This document shows, one piece after another, positions 9,671-20,086 of a stretch of 53,620 bases of DNA. The position numbers were made by a program, and so were the translations under genes. The notes beneath the pieces were generated by a model. It had not been told where the DNA came from, searched no databases, and worked only from the letters and a program-made list of their open reading frames with translations. How positions within the stretch are numbered: position 1 is the stretch's first letter; each line of letters starts with the position of its first letter. Origin of the DNA: a virus (Duplodnaviria; Caudoviricetes); the IMG/VR virus record IMGVR_UViG_3300032323_001239, positions 1-53,620 of that record; one strand, given 5' to 3'.

Positions 9671-12600
9671 TGATACAGGTATCTTCAAACACAGCCAATG
9701 CCTTAAATAAGGCAGTAAATGTATCTGTAACCAACGGATGCCATATTGAGTACAATATGAACGACTTAATATCAGGAGCGGCTGTAACGGCCCCAGAAGG
9801 CGTTATAACAGCAACCCTTACGGCGCCTGCGGCTCAAGGGGGATATCAATACAAACCTTTTGAAAAGTTATTTCCAATAAAAAGTATAATAGATCCTAGA
9901 CGCCCAAAGGTGGCGGGCATTCAGTACATGATTGCGGCAGACCCAAGCCTAAGCTCAACCCTTGCTGCTAGCGGATCAGCAAATGCAAAAAAATATGCAG
10001 CCGCACAAGAGCTGACAAGAAGATTATATTTTTCTGGAATAAAGACTGCTTATAAGTATTGGGTAACTCCAAAGGCTGCAAGCGGAAGCACATCCTTAAC
10101 AAATTGCATATTAACTGTCTCATACCCAGCAGCAAAAACCGCTGCAACAAATAAAATTGTTATTAAGTTTGAAACATCTCACTCAAAGCCCACTTCCTGG
10201 AACGTAAAGCTTGTAAACCTGGCAGGAGTAGAGTCCTCAGTCATATACACTGGAACAACTTGCCCAGACAACGGAATAGTAAACTTATATTATAATGGCT
10301 CAACTTGGGTAGATGTAGAGCCTGCAACCGTTTCTGCAGGAGTAGATATAAGCGGATTAAAGTTACAGGTTAATAATATAAGCACTGCAGGCGGGTACCT
10401 AGGAATAATTGAAATATCAGCAAGACTAGTAAAGGATGTCACAAATATACTTGAGTCGTTTAATATATCTCAAAACTCATCAGACTCAATAAATGGCTTG
10501 GTACCAGTTGGAGATGTAACTGCAAATTATTTAAGATTAAGTTTAAATGCGTATGATAAGTCTTACGACAATTATGATAAAACTAATGCTTTTAACAAAA
10601 ACAAATTAAGTCTGTATGAAAACATTACAGTTAGACCCTACGTAATAGTTGAATCAGAAAGAATTGATCTAGGGGTTTTCTATCTTGACTCGTATGATGT
10701 AGACGAGTTTGGCGAAGTTTCTATCAATGCTTTGGACGGAGCAAGAGAACTTCAGTATATTAAACCTCCAGATATTGTTACAAAAGACATGTCCACCGTT
10801 GCTATTATAAGAAGACTACTAGACTCGGTTGGGTTTTCAAATTATAAATTTAATTTAACGGAAAACGATACTTCTATTGTTGCCCCATATTACTGGTACA
10901 CTGATCCTCAAAAGACAGTCTGGGAGCACATACAAGACTTGTGTAAAGACACTCAAATGATTGCTGTTTTTGATAATAAAGATGTTTTACAATTTTATCC
11001 ACGAGGATATATATTTAATACAGCAAAAACACCAGATGCCTCTTTTAGATATAGCAATACGGCAGACGGAAAGCTAGCAAACATATCAGGAATATCCATT
11101 GAAAATGTTCCATCGGTAAAAGCTATCAAAGTAATGTATAGCCCACAGTTAACTTCTAACTATGATGGAGATGCTGACAACCTATATACTTCTCCCGTAG
11201 TTACGCTGGGATCTGCAGCCCTAATGGCAGACCTTCCAAAAAATGCTCCAGCAGAAACAGATGCACCAAAAGGAGTAATTAAGTTAAGGCCAGTAGAAAT
11301 TTCAGGAGCAGCGCAACAATTTTATTCATATGCGGGATACTTGGTTTTAGGAAAAGAAATTATTGAGTACGATGCAATTAAGTTTGTTTATGAGCCTGCT
11401 TCTGGAAGCCCAGCAGTTGCGTATAAATGGATTAAAAATGAATCAGACATACAGTCTAATCTAGGACTTGCCAAGCCAAATACTTTTAGACCAACAGGAG
11501 AATACAGAATCAAAGAAAGAAATGTTTTTAATGCAGTGTCTTCTGACGCAGACTTAACTCATAGCGCAAATATTGATTCTTTAAGAACCGAATGGACGGG
11601 GCAAAAGTGGAACTCAGAAACTGGAAACTTTACTACTGACAATACTGAGTCTTTGTTTACTTTAAAAGAAGTTGCAATTAAAGATGAAAATGGTAAAGAT
11701 TTAGAAAACCCAAATAATTTATTTAGCGCTATACCAAGATCCATGATGACAATTTTTGCGCCTCTAGGAACATTAAAGGACAGCACACAAGACCCAACTA
11801 TAAAAGAACCTGTTCCAAACAAAATTTATAGCCTTGTAACAGCTGACAATGCTAAATATTTTAAGGGCGACAACTTTGTGATTGGAACAAACATGTATTT
11901 TCCTTTATTAAAAAACTCTAAAGGCGAGGCAACTGGGGAACAGAGAACTATTTCGGGCATAGCATTTTCATTAAACTCAACAAATAAAAGCGGTTACTTC
12001 TTATCAGTAGCAACAACTCAAAATACAAGTGCAGATAAAAGTTTTAGAGAACTTTCTTTTTATAAAATTGTAGATGGAAAGCTTGTTAGAATGGCTGACT
12101 CTCAAAGAGAAGAAGATGGCAGCATATTAACAGGAATTGGTGGAGGAAGACTTTACAGAATAGATATACGTGCAAATTATTCTACTCCAACTAATGGGTC
12201 TTCTAAAGTTTTGACATTAAGAATATCTATAAACAATAAAGAGTTTGTTGTCGTAGACACCTCTCCAATAACCATTACAGAAAAGATTGGTCTTGCATCT
12301 CTGCAAGGAGTATCTGCTTTTGACTATGTTTATGCTTCTGCAATAAATGAATCAGACTTTACAGCAGATCAAAGATATAACCCATACAAGGGATTTATGG
12401 GCGGGGAGTCTACAATAATTAAAACATTTGGAGATTTTATTTTTAATCAAAAGGGGCAAACAGAAAGCACATCTTGGGTAAGAGAGTTTGGTCCAGTTGC
12501 AAGAGAGCTTAAAAAGATTACAGCAAGATATACAACTCCAGGATTTCCTTTATACCCAAGTCTTGTAAACAATCCAGACGTTACGATTGCAGGAACCTCT

Positions 12601-13071
12601 ATAGATTCTTTTGGCATGGACGTGTACGTAGTTAATAACACTGGAACATTTACTGATCTTGCTAATAGCGAAGAAAAGCAATTCATTGTGGTTGGCAATT
12701 CTATTGTTCCTTCAGACCCGTTTGAGTATATTGACCCAGCATTAACAGATGAAGAAAAAAAGGAAATAGTTGGATTCGATTCCACCTGGATTCAAAAAGA
12801 GTCAGAAGCAATTGAGCTATCTAAATTTATGACTAACCAATGGTCTAAGCAGCAGAAGGTAGTTACCGTAGAAACCTTTTTAAATCCCCTAATACAAATT
12901 GGAGACGTTGTAGAGATTTCTTACCCAGACAATGGACTTTACTCTTCTGAAAATGCAACAATACCAACTGGTTTTGTAGCCAATAAATTTGTTGTTTTGT
13001 CTATAGATAGTACCTATGACAAGGACTCTCCTCCAACAACAAACATATCTTGTAGGTCGATTTATACATGA
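9670..13071 (+). CDS. Large minor tail / baseplate hub protein
   Basis: 1133 aa in the tail operon; C-terminal NPLIQIGDVVEI hub-type motif. Confidence 0.7.
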   Translation: MIQVSSNTANALNKAVNVSVTNGCHIEYNMNDLISGAAVTAPEGVITATLTAPAAQGGYQYKPFEKLFPIKSIIDPRRPKVAGIQYMIAADPSLSSTLAASGSANAKKYAAAQELTRRLYFSGIKTAYKYWVTPKAASGSTSLTNCILTVSYPAAKTAATNKIVIKFETSHSKPTSWNVKLVNLAGVESSVIYTGTTCPDNGIVNLYYNGSTWVDVEPATVSAGVDISGLKLQVNNISTAGGYLGIIEISARLVKDVTNILESFNISQNSSDSINGLVPVGDVTANYLRLSLNAYDKSYDNYDKTNAFNKNKLSLYENITVRPYVIVESERIDLGVFYLDSYDVDEFGEVSINALDGARELQYIKPPDIVTKDMSTVAIIRRLLDSVGFSNYKFNLTENDTSIVAPYYWYTDPQKTVWEHIQDLCKDTQMIAVFDNKDVLQFYPRGYIFNTAKTPDASFRYSNTADGKLANISGISIENVPSVKAIKVMYSPQLTSNYDGDADNLYTSPVVTLGSAALMADLPKNAPAETDAPKGVIKLRPVEISGAAQQFYSYAGYLVLGKEIIEYDAIKFVYEPASGSPAVAYKWIKNESDIQSNLGLAKPNTFRPTGEYRIKERNVFNAVSSDADLTHSANIDSLRTEWTGQKWNSETGNFTTDNTESLFTLKEVAIKDENGKDLENPNNLFSAIPRSMMTIFAPLGTLKDSTQDPTIKEPVPNKIYSLVTADNAKYFKGDNFVIGTNMYFPLLKNSKGEATGEQRTISGIAFSLNSTNKSGYFLSVATTQNTSADKSFRELSFYKIVDGKLVRMADSQREEDGSILTGIGGGRLYRIDIRANYSTPTNGSSKVLTLRISINNKEFVVVDTSPITITEKIGLASLQGVSAFDYVYASAINESDFTADQRYNPYKGFMGGESTIIKTFGDFIFNQKGQTESTSWVREFGPVARELKKITARYTTPGFPLYPSLVNNPDVTIAGTSIDSFGMDVYVVNNTGTFTDLANSEEKQFIVVGNSIVPSDPFEYIDPALTDEEKKEIVGFDSTWIQKESEAIELSKFMTNQWSKQQKVVTVETFLNPLIQIGDVVEISYPDNGLYSSENATIPTGFVANKFVVLSIDSTYDKDSPPTTNISCRSIYT

Positions 13072-13090
13072 GAAATGGTAGAATGTAAAT

Positions 13091-13438
13091 ATGAGTAATA
13101 TTAAAAAGCCAGCGTCATCTACAGCAACAATAAAAAAGCTTTTGCTTGCTCCTGGCGACCCATTAATCAAAACTCTTAAGCCAGACTATTATGTTATTGT
13201 TGATCCAGACAAGCTTACAAGAATTTCGGATCCTACGGGTGAGGATCCAGCAGAAGATCCAGATGATCCGCAAGATCCGCCTGTAGAGGAATTAAAATCT
13301 CCATCTTTATCTGACATTACCCTTGTAAGCAAAACTTTAGTTACAGATAAGAATAAAAATCAGTATGTTGAATTTGTGTTTAATATTAAAAACAGTGGCG
13401 GAGAAACAGTAGTGGGGGCAGAAGTATATGGACAATAA
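13091..13438 (+). CDS. Putative minor tail protein
   Basis: Tail operon context; leaderless promoter upstream. Confidence 0.55.
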   Translation: MSNIKKPASSTATIKKLLLAPGDPLIKTLKPDYYVIVDPDKLTRISDPTGEDPAEDPDDPQDPPVEELKSPSLSDITLVSKTLVTDKNKNQYVEFVFNIKNSGGETVVGAEVYGQ

Positions 13439-14414
13439 TATAAACTTAGTTGGAGAATATGTTTTTTATGAAGACGATAAAGAAGTTTATCGTAGTAAAA
13501 ATCTATTGACTAAATTTGGCAAAAGATTTCTAACTCAGTTCTTAGCTGGTCAATCTAATACTAATGAAAAAGATATTGCTATCGGTATTGGTGGCGGATC
13601 AACAGAATCAGATATTGCAGCAGGTCGCACAGCGGCCTCCATAAACGATACACAATTAAGATTTGAATTTTATAGATCTCCTGTTTCTATGAACAGCATT
13701 GATATTCAAACCAGCCAGACTACTGGGCTTAGCACATACGGAGTAGTGCATAAAACAACAATACCAGTGGATATAGCTGGAGTAATTAGCGAGGTAGGAA
13801 TTTTCCCAGGGATATCTTTATCTAGTACAGACTACGCAAGCAATTCGATTTCTACTTTTGAAGATAACCAAAGCTGGATAGATTCAGAAGGAGAGTATCC
13901 AGATATTGTAACAACTCCTACTCCTAGAATTGGAACCTACTATTTACCCATAACTTCAGCTCTCGGTTCAAAGGAATACTTTAATAATTTTAATATAGAT
14001 ATATCTGGATACAGTGCGCTAGATAGTTTAACGATTGCATATCGTCAAAGTGATTTAAATTTAGATTATGTTTTTGTTAGAATGTATGACTCAAATGATA
14101 ACTATTATGAAATAAGATATGCTGGAGATTTATCAATAGGAGATAAGATTAAGTCGTTAACCCTAAACAATCTTTATAGTAGTGGTTACGGATCAGGATC
14201 TCCAGATCAATCTTCTATTGTTAAAATCGGAGTTGGCGTAAAAGCAAAGTCTTCAGGTGCAGCTACTGTACTATTTGATGGGCTTAGAATTAACGACGAA
14301 GACGCATTTAGAACAGACTACGGTCTTATTAGCAGATCTGTTTTGTCTAATCCAATTGTAAAAACACTAGGAAAGCAAATGATTATTGAATATAGAATTG
14401 GATTAAATTTCTAA
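13428..14414 (+). CDS. Putative baseplate / minor tail protein
   Basis: N..TKFGKRFL, IAIGIG, DTQL.FE and ISEVGIF motifs typical of tail-collar/baseplate proteins. Confidence 0.6.
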   Translation: MDNNINLVGEYVFYEDDKEVYRSKNLLTKFGKRFLTQFLAGQSNTNEKDIAIGIGGGSTESDIAAGRTAASINDTQLRFEFYRSPVSMNSIDIQTSQTTGLSTYGVVHKTTIPVDIAGVISEVGIFPGISLSSTDYASNSISTFEDNQSWIDSEGEYPDIVTTPTPRIGTYYLPITSALGSKEYFNNFNIDISGYSALDSLTIAYRQSDLNLDYVFVRMYDSNDNYYEIRYAGDLSIGDKIKSLTLNNLYSSGYGSGSPDQSSIVKIGVGVKAKSSGAATVLFDGLRINDEDAFRTDYGLISRSVLSNPIVKTLGKQMIIEYRIGLNF

Positions 14415-17341
14415 TGACTAGGTTGTATGGCAATATGCATGACGGAGGCGGAGAACTACCTCCAGATTTAGAAATATCTGCAGCCGCCGCAGCAGCATCT
14501 GCCGCAAAAGGTTCTAAAGATTCTTATACAAAAACAGTAAGGCTTCCTGTTGTTAAAAATAAAATCTACAGATTTTGGGCTACATACTTACACGAAGACA
14601 AAGAAACAAAAAAAATAACAGAGAGCGATAGATCTCCTGTATTTAAAACAACCTTTGACATTCCAAACTTAACTAAGCCTGTAAAAAACTTAACCTTAAC
14701 TGCAGGATCTCAGTCATACGGAGTTAAATTTGATTTAGATGCTGAAAGCGTACAAGAAGATGTTGTTATATTTGAAAGCCTTACAAGTAATTTTGCTACA
14801 CAAAATATTGTTTATGTAGGAACATCTACAAATGTTACAATACTTACAACAGGGCCAAACGCATTTGCAAACCGATGGGTAAAGGTTAGGTCTAGAGATA
14901 GATGGGATGACTTAAATATATCAGAGGCCACGGCTGGTCCCATAAAGCCTTTTACTGCAGATGTTGATACTACATTTACAGTTGAAAATCCAGGTAGCTC
15001 TTCTGCGGTTGCCTCTATTGATCCAAAAGATTTGAGTGGGTTTAGTCTAGTTTCAACAATCAGTTGGGTGCAATCTACAAATGTTAAAACGGCTGGGTAT
15101 GCGATAAGATGGTCAACAGATAACCCTTCAACAGTAACTAACCCATTATGGGAATACGCATCCGTAAGCGGAATAGCAACAACTTCTTTTACCGCAACAG
15201 GATTAATACCAAATACAACATACTATTATCAGGTTGCATCAACAACACCTTATGACGTTGTTAATTGGACTGGTGCGGCAAGCGGAACATTTATTGCTTC
15301 AGACGCAGATGGAACAGCGGCAGGCGCATTAGCAAGACTTAGATCTTTTATAGCAATAGGTGGAGCATCACAAGATTTATTTAAAATAGGAACAGGCATT
15401 ACACAGGGAATAAATTTAAGCACAGATCCAATTGTAAGTCCTACTTTAACACAAGGCACCTATCACGGAATTGTATTAAACAAGTCTACAACAAATGTTG
15501 GAAATAACTTTTGGCTTACTACTGGACAATTTAGAGTTGGTAATCCAACAGAATTTATGTATTGGAATGGAACAAACCTATTCTTAACTGGAAGTGTTAA
15601 TGCTACAGGTGGGAAGTTCACTGGCAACGTCCAGCTTGCGGTTCCATCTGGGGCCTCTACAAGTGGCACACTGTATGCTGGATTAAATCCAACATCTGGT
15701 CCAAGAGTAAGGTTTAGCAGCGAAGGAATATTTGCATACGACTCGACAAGCACAAGCAACGAAACAGGACAAACGTTTTCTTTAGTTCAATCGACTGGCA
15801 GACTAAATGCAAACCTAGGCACAGTCGGAGGATGGTCGTTAGACACAACAGGATTTTCATCAACTAATACCAAAATAGAAAGTAATGGAACCATAACTCT
15901 AGGCGACACAACGGGAACTCTAGGGTCTATTGTAAGGTTGAGTGCAACAGATAATTTTAGATTATGGATCGGATCCCAGAGTTCCTCTGCTGCACGAGAT
16001 AATTATTTTGCTGTTAGTAGAGAAGGAATTCTTTATGCAAAGGGCGCAATAATTAGTGGAAATGCTTCATTTAGCGGAACTTTAACTGTTGGAACTCAGT
16101 TGTCAGATGGAACAACAATTGATTCAGTTAAGTTAAATGCGTTAAAGGGAATTACGGATGCTAGTGCCGCAGCAAATGCAGCGGCACTAGCAAAAGCAAG
16201 AGGAGATCAAGCTTATAATGAAGCAATTGCAGCGGGACAAACCGCTACAGCTGCTGCAAATGCTGCACAAGCAGCAAGTGAAGCAGTTACATTAAGACTA
16301 ACATCAGAGCAAGTTGCCGCTGTTTTAGTTGCTGATACTACAATAATTAATGGAAGTACTATTACAACGGGCACCATTAATCTTGCACGTTTAAATATTA
16401 CTGGCGGCACCGCAGGATTCAATGGATTTGTTGTAGATGGAAATGGTATCAGGGCAACAAGCGGAGGAAGTCAAACATTAAATATTTCTTCAAATGGAAC
16501 TATTTCTTTAGGAGATCCTACAAATGGATGGACAGTAGACAATCAATATATACGGTCTAGAAGTTTTTTTACATCAGGATATTCAAGACTTGTTTTAGAC
16601 GGATGGAATGGAACAATTGAAGGTGGAAGAATTACTGCCTCAAGGTTTGAAGCAAATACAATTACTGGTGGAACAATAACTGGTTCTAGAATTCAAACAA
16701 GTACATCTGGAAATAGAGTTGAGTTAATCGATGCAACAAATGATTCTTTAAGAGTTTTAGTAGGTGGTAGCACAAAAGGACACCTGCTAGGCTGGGGAAC
16801 AGCTACAACTGGCGGATTAATAATGCATCAAGGCTCTACTGCAAACCCCGACGCAACCTCTGGTGTTGTTAAGGTTCAGCCAGGATACGCAATGTTAGCA
16901 GCTACTTCTACTAACTATGTTGAAGTTGGCGGAGCAGGAGGTATTTATTTACGCACCCCAGCAACAACTAATAATGGTCTACTTGCCACCATAAACTCTA
17001 CTACAGGTACTGCAAATATGAGATATACCGCAAGCGAGATATTCTTTATTTCATCAACGAGGGATTCAAAAACAAATATACAAGATATTTCATTTGACGA
17101 TTCTTTGGTTAAACAAATAAGACCAAGAATGTTTCAGGGTAAAGTAGACTTAGAGCGAGGAGACACAAACTACAATCTGGGACTAATCGCAGAGGAGCTA
17201 GCAGAAATAGAAGGACTAGATCTATTAGTAGATAAAGATAAGGATAACAACGTAGTCGGTGTAAACTATGACAGACTACCAGTTTTAATTATAGATGTAT
17301 TAAAAAGAGTGTTGGATAGGCTTGACGCCCTAGAGGCATAA
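14414..17341 (+). CDS. Tail fibre/spike with FN3-like domains and a C-terminal intramolecular chaperone (peptidase S74-like)
   Basis: FN3 signature TGLIPNTTYYYQV and Gly/Thr-rich beta repeats. The C-terminus reads SSTRDSKTNI...LGLIAEE...VNYDRL, followed by a coiled coil. Confidence 0.8.
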   Translation: MTRLYGNMHDGGGELPPDLEISAAAAAASAAKGSKDSYTKTVRLPVVKNKIYRFWATYLHEDKETKKITESDRSPVFKTTFDIPNLTKPVKNLTLTAGSQSYGVKFDLDAESVQEDVVIFESLTSNFATQNIVYVGTSTNVTILTTGPNAFANRWVKVRSRDRWDDLNISEATAGPIKPFTADVDTTFTVENPGSSSAVASIDPKDLSGFSLVSTISWVQSTNVKTAGYAIRWSTDNPSTVTNPLWEYASVSGIATTSFTATGLIPNTTYYYQVASTTPYDVVNWTGAASGTFIASDADGTAAGALARLRSFIAIGGASQDLFKIGTGITQGINLSTDPIVSPTLTQGTYHGIVLNKSTTNVGNNFWLTTGQFRVGNPTEFMYWNGTNLFLTGSVNATGGKFTGNVQLAVPSGASTSGTLYAGLNPTSGPRVRFSSEGIFAYDSTSTSNETGQTFSLVQSTGRLNANLGTVGGWSLDTTGFSSTNTKIESNGTITLGDTTGTLGSIVRLSATDNFRLWIGSQSSSAARDNYFAVSREGILYAKGAIISGNASFSGTLTVGTQLSDGTTIDSVKLNALKGITDASAAANAAALAKARGDQAYNEAIAAGQTATAAANAAQAASEAVTLRLTSEQVAAVLVADTTIINGSTITTGTINLARLNITGGTAGFNGFVVDGNGIRATSGGSQTLNISSNGTISLGDPTNGWTVDNQYIRSRSFFTSGYSRLVLDGWNGTIEGGRITASRFEANTITGGTITGSRIQTSTSGNRVELIDATNDSLRVLVGGSTKGHLLGWGTATTGGLIMHQGSTANPDATSGVVKVQPGYAMLAATSTNYVEVGGAGGIYLRTPATTNNGLLATINSTTGTANMRYTASEIFFISSTRDSKTNIQDISFDDSLVKQIRPRMFQGKVDLERGDTNYNLGLIAEELAEIEGLDLLVDKDKDNNVVGVNYDRLPVLIIDVLKRVLDRLDALEA

Positions 17342-17372
17342 TGGTATACTGTAAATCTATCAGGGAGATATA

Positions 17373-17528
17373 ATGGAAAAAGCAGAATTAGTTATAGCAG
17401 CACTGCAGCAAAGAATTGGTGAGATCGTCTCACAGTATGAGACTCATATTGCAATTTTACGTGCTGAAATAACACAGCTAACAGAAAAAGAATCACAGGA
17501 AGTTCCAGCGGAACATACAGAGGAGTAA
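17373..17528 (+). CDS. Small coiled-coil protein (51 aa; not in ORF track)
   Basis: MEKAELVIAALQQRIGEIVSQYETHIAILRAEITQL..; SD GGAG; TTGACG-17-TATACT promoter upstream. Confidence 0.65.
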   Translation: MEKAELVIAALQQRIGEIVSQYETHIAILRAEITQLTEKESQEVPAEHTEE

Positions 17529-17531
17529 GCT

Positions 17532-17975
17532 ATGGCAACGTTAAAATCAACTAATGTTAATTCTGGAGACCCAGTAACCTATGACATTATCAATAATATT
17601 ATATTAGATCTAAATGAATTGAATAAAGCAACTGCATCTAAATTTAATTTAAATTTAACACAGACAGGCGGATCAGGTAGCAAGGATGCACAATCTCAGT
17701 CTGTATATAGCACCGTTATTTCTGGAGTTACAGTTAATCCTAGCAAATCTCCTTCAGCTAAAGGCACATGGACATTTCCATCAAAAGTGTTTACATCGGC
17801 ACCAAGATGTTGGATTCAAGTAAATACTAACGGGGCGGCATTGGATGAGCCTCAGCTAAGAATGCATGTAGTCATTACATCTATAAGCACAACAAGAATG
17901 ACATTTGAAGTTAGAAGTGGAGCTGGAGCAAGACAGGCTAAAGTTGACTTCCATTGCTTCGCAGTCGAAGCATAA
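17532..17975 (+). CDS. Putative virion protein with H-type-lectin-like C-terminal domain
   Basis: TFPSKVFTSAP..ITSISTTRMTFEV pattern; SD GAGGAG; last gene of the tail operon. Confidence 0.5.
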   Translation: MATLKSTNVNSGDPVTYDIINNIILDLNELNKATASKFNLNLTQTGGSGSKDAQSQSVYSTVISGVTVNPSKSPSAKGTWTFPSKVFTSAPRCWIQVNTNGAALDEPQLRMHVVITSISTTRMTFEVRSGAGARQAKVDFHCFAVEA

Positions 17976-17979
17976 CCTA

Positions 17980-18007
17980 TTGACAAGCTAAACCAATATG
18001 TTACAAT
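17980..18007 (+). promoter_or_regulatory. Sigma70/SigA-type promoter
   Basis: TTGACA-16-TACAAT with extended TG. Confidence 0.65.
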
Positions 18008-18019
18008 TACTGTAACACC

Positions 18020-18044
18020 AAAGTCACGTACCCGTGACTTTTTT
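18020..18044 (+). terminator. Intrinsic terminator closing the tail operon
   Basis: AAAGTCACG-TACC-CGTGACTTT followed by TTT. Confidence 0.75.
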
Positions 18045-18061
18045 ACATATTAAGGTAGACA

Positions 18062-18862
18062 ATGAGTAACGATTTAAAGTGGATGATTTCATCCGACCAG
18101 CAGTTCCCATATCAAGATGACAAGATGATTGCCCTTTGGTTTAAGGTAATGAAGTGGTTTAAGCCAGACGTTGTTGACTACCTTGGCGATACAGATGATC
18201 AAGCATGCTATAGCAAGTACACAGAAGGACGCTCAGCAGAGTTTTTAAACCTTCATAAAACTGATAGTAGAGATCTTATTGTTCCAATGATGCGCCATGA
18301 AGCAAAGGGTGCAAGAGATTTTTATACAAAGACAAGAGAGATGCTTCCAGATGCACAACTATTCTCAGCACTAGGAAACCATGATGTTAGAATTTTTAAC
18401 TATGTAGATGCAAAGCTTCCTGACTATATTAATGAGGTTACCCCAGAAGCACTGTGGGGATTAGACTCATTAGGATATGAATACATTCACTACAATGAAT
18501 TACCTAAGCGCCGATTTGGAGATATCCACGTACACCATGGACTTTCAATTGCAGCCACAGGTTCTGTTAGAAAAGATATGGAAGACCTACAGGTATCTTT
18601 AATTAGAGGACACTCTCATAGAATTGCCTCACACTTAGTAACATATGAGTTAAGAAATAACGGTGAAGGAGAGACTCTTCGTGGCTATGAGCTCGGCCAC
18701 ATGTGTGATGAAAAGGGTCCAGGAATGAAATACATGCAGCACCACGATTGGCAAAAGGGATTTGCTATCGCTCATATTGTCAATGATTATCCTCATATAC
18801 AGATGATCCATGTAGCGCCTGATTACTCATGCGTTGTTGACGGGAAGTTGTTTACACTATAA
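18062..18862 (+). CDS. Calcineurin-like metallophosphoesterase
   Basis: SDQQ, LGDTDD, GNHD, HHG and GHSH motifs. Confidence 0.88.
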   Translation: MSNDLKWMISSDQQFPYQDDKMIALWFKVMKWFKPDVVDYLGDTDDQACYSKYTEGRSAEFLNLHKTDSRDLIVPMMRHEAKGARDFYTKTREMLPDAQLFSALGNHDVRIFNYVDAKLPDYINEVTPEALWGLDSLGYEYIHYNELPKRRFGDIHVHHGLSIAATGSVRKDMEDLQVSLIRGHSHRIASHLVTYELRNNGEGETLRGYELGHMCDEKGPGMKYMQHHDWQKGFAIAHIVNDYPHIQMIHVAPDYSCVVDGKLFTL

Positions 18863-19047
18863 TGTGGTGCGGAAAATGTGGTGGTAGAGTTTTTGTAGAC
18901 AGAGTATTCTCACAAAAGCTTCATGTAGAGTTATTCTGCATTCTATGCGGAAAAAGAAATATGATTAATAAAGAGACGAGTGCTTTCGGTAAATGGTTAG
19001 AAAAAAGAGAAACAGCAAACTCAAAAAATTACGGTATTTCTTCTTAA
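18862..19047 (+). CDS. Small zinc-ribbon protein
   Basis: CGKCGG and CILCG pairs. Confidence 0.7.
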   Translation: MWCGKCGGRVFVDRVFSQKLHVELFCILCGKRNMINKETSAFGKWLEKRETANSKNYGISS

Positions 19048-19475
19048 ACGATAAACTCCATAAAGTTTTGAGGTCATCAAGATCTAAAGATGAATTAGTT
19101 GCTTGGTGCTATCCAGATCATAAAAGAGTTATGTACTCATATTCTCAGGTTGAAAAGCATATGGAAAATGCTTACAGCATGAAAGATGTTTCTTCTCTTT
19201 TAAATAAACATACCGTTACTTTGCATGACTATATTCTAGAAGGCAAGATTCAGTCTCCTTCAAAGATTTATCCAATAGGTGATCCAGAAAACAAACATTG
19301 GTCTAAATATATGTTTAGCCAAAAAGATGTTTTAAAGCTGCACGAGTTCATCCTGGACTCAGGTCACTCTAAAAATGTGCCATCAAGAGCAGAACTTCTG
19401 GGTCTTTTCAAACACAACATTATATTGTATACTAAGACAGACAGCGGATTTGTACCAGTATGGAAGGCGGAGTAA
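18993..19475 (+). CDS. Putative HTH DNA-binding protein (MerR/excisionase-like)
   Basis: YSMKDVSSLLNKHTVTLHDYILEGKI winged-HTH pattern. Confidence 0.6.
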   Translation: MVRKKRNSKLKKLRYFFLNDKLHKVLRSSRSKDELVAWCYPDHKRVMYSYSQVEKHMENAYSMKDVSSLLNKHTVTLHDYILEGKIQSPSKIYPIGDPENKHWSKYMFSQKDVLKLHEFILDSGHSKNVPSRAELLGLFKHNIILYTKTDSGFVPVWKAE

Positions 19476-19579
19476 TGGCAAGAACTATTAGTTGCCCAAC
19501 TTGCGGTAAAGAGTGGGAATTGCGTTGGGGTATATTTGCCCACGATAGTTTATCTAGACACATGAAGGAGCACAAATGA
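19475..19579 (+). CDS. 34-aa C2H2-type zinc-finger microprotein (not in ORF track)
   Basis: MARTISCPTCGKEWELRWGIFAHDSLSRHMKEHK; TAATG and ATGA overlaps with both neighbours. Confidence 0.6.
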   Translation: MARTISCPTCGKEWELRWGIFAHDSLSRHMKEHK

Positions 19580-19779
19580 CAACGAGAGTTAAGGTGGACT
19601 TATCGTTCACACGTAATCTAGGAAACTTTGAAAGTATAAAGATTGGTGTCGGTGTAGAAGACGATCTGCGAGCTGGAGAAAATGTAGATACGGCCACAGA
19701 AAGAGTTTATAAGTTTGTTGAGAATAAGCTTATTGAAAAAACTCGTGAGGTAGAAGAAGAGTTAAAGAGTGGCAAGTGA
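19576..19779 (+). CDS. Hypothetical protein
   Basis: ORF with SD AAGGAG, translationally coupled to neighbours. Confidence 0.7.
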   Translation: MTTRVKVDLSFTRNLGNFESIKIGVGVEDDLRAGENVDTATERVYKFVENKLIEKTREVEEELKSGK

Positions 19780-20086
19780 AAAGCAGCCGTATGTTTTAAT
19801 TGGACTATACCTATCTTTGTATAAAGAAAGATATAATAAAACAATTACGGTAAACAAGTTTCGTGAAAAGTGGGCAATGCAAGATGTTATTGATAGCGTG
19901 GGCTTTGACCGTGCTAAAGAACTTTTGATATACTACTTTGCAACAAACAAAAACGGGCACCCATTAAATTTCTTTTACAATAACTTTGATAGAATAGATG
20001 CTCTTAATAAAGAAATTCAGAAGGATAAGATTAATCGTAGCAGATTGCTAGACGAGACTAAGAAGATGGTAGAAGGCGAAGAATGA
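19769..20086 (+). CDS. Hypothetical protein upstream of the helicase (possible loader)
   Basis: GTG start, coupled to dnaB; function inferred from position only. Confidence 0.55.
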   Translation: MASEKQPYVLIGLYLSLYKERYNKTITVNKFREKWAMQDVIDSVGFDRAKELLIYYFATNKNGHPLNFFYNNFDRIDALNKEIQKDKINRSRLLDETKKMVEGEE

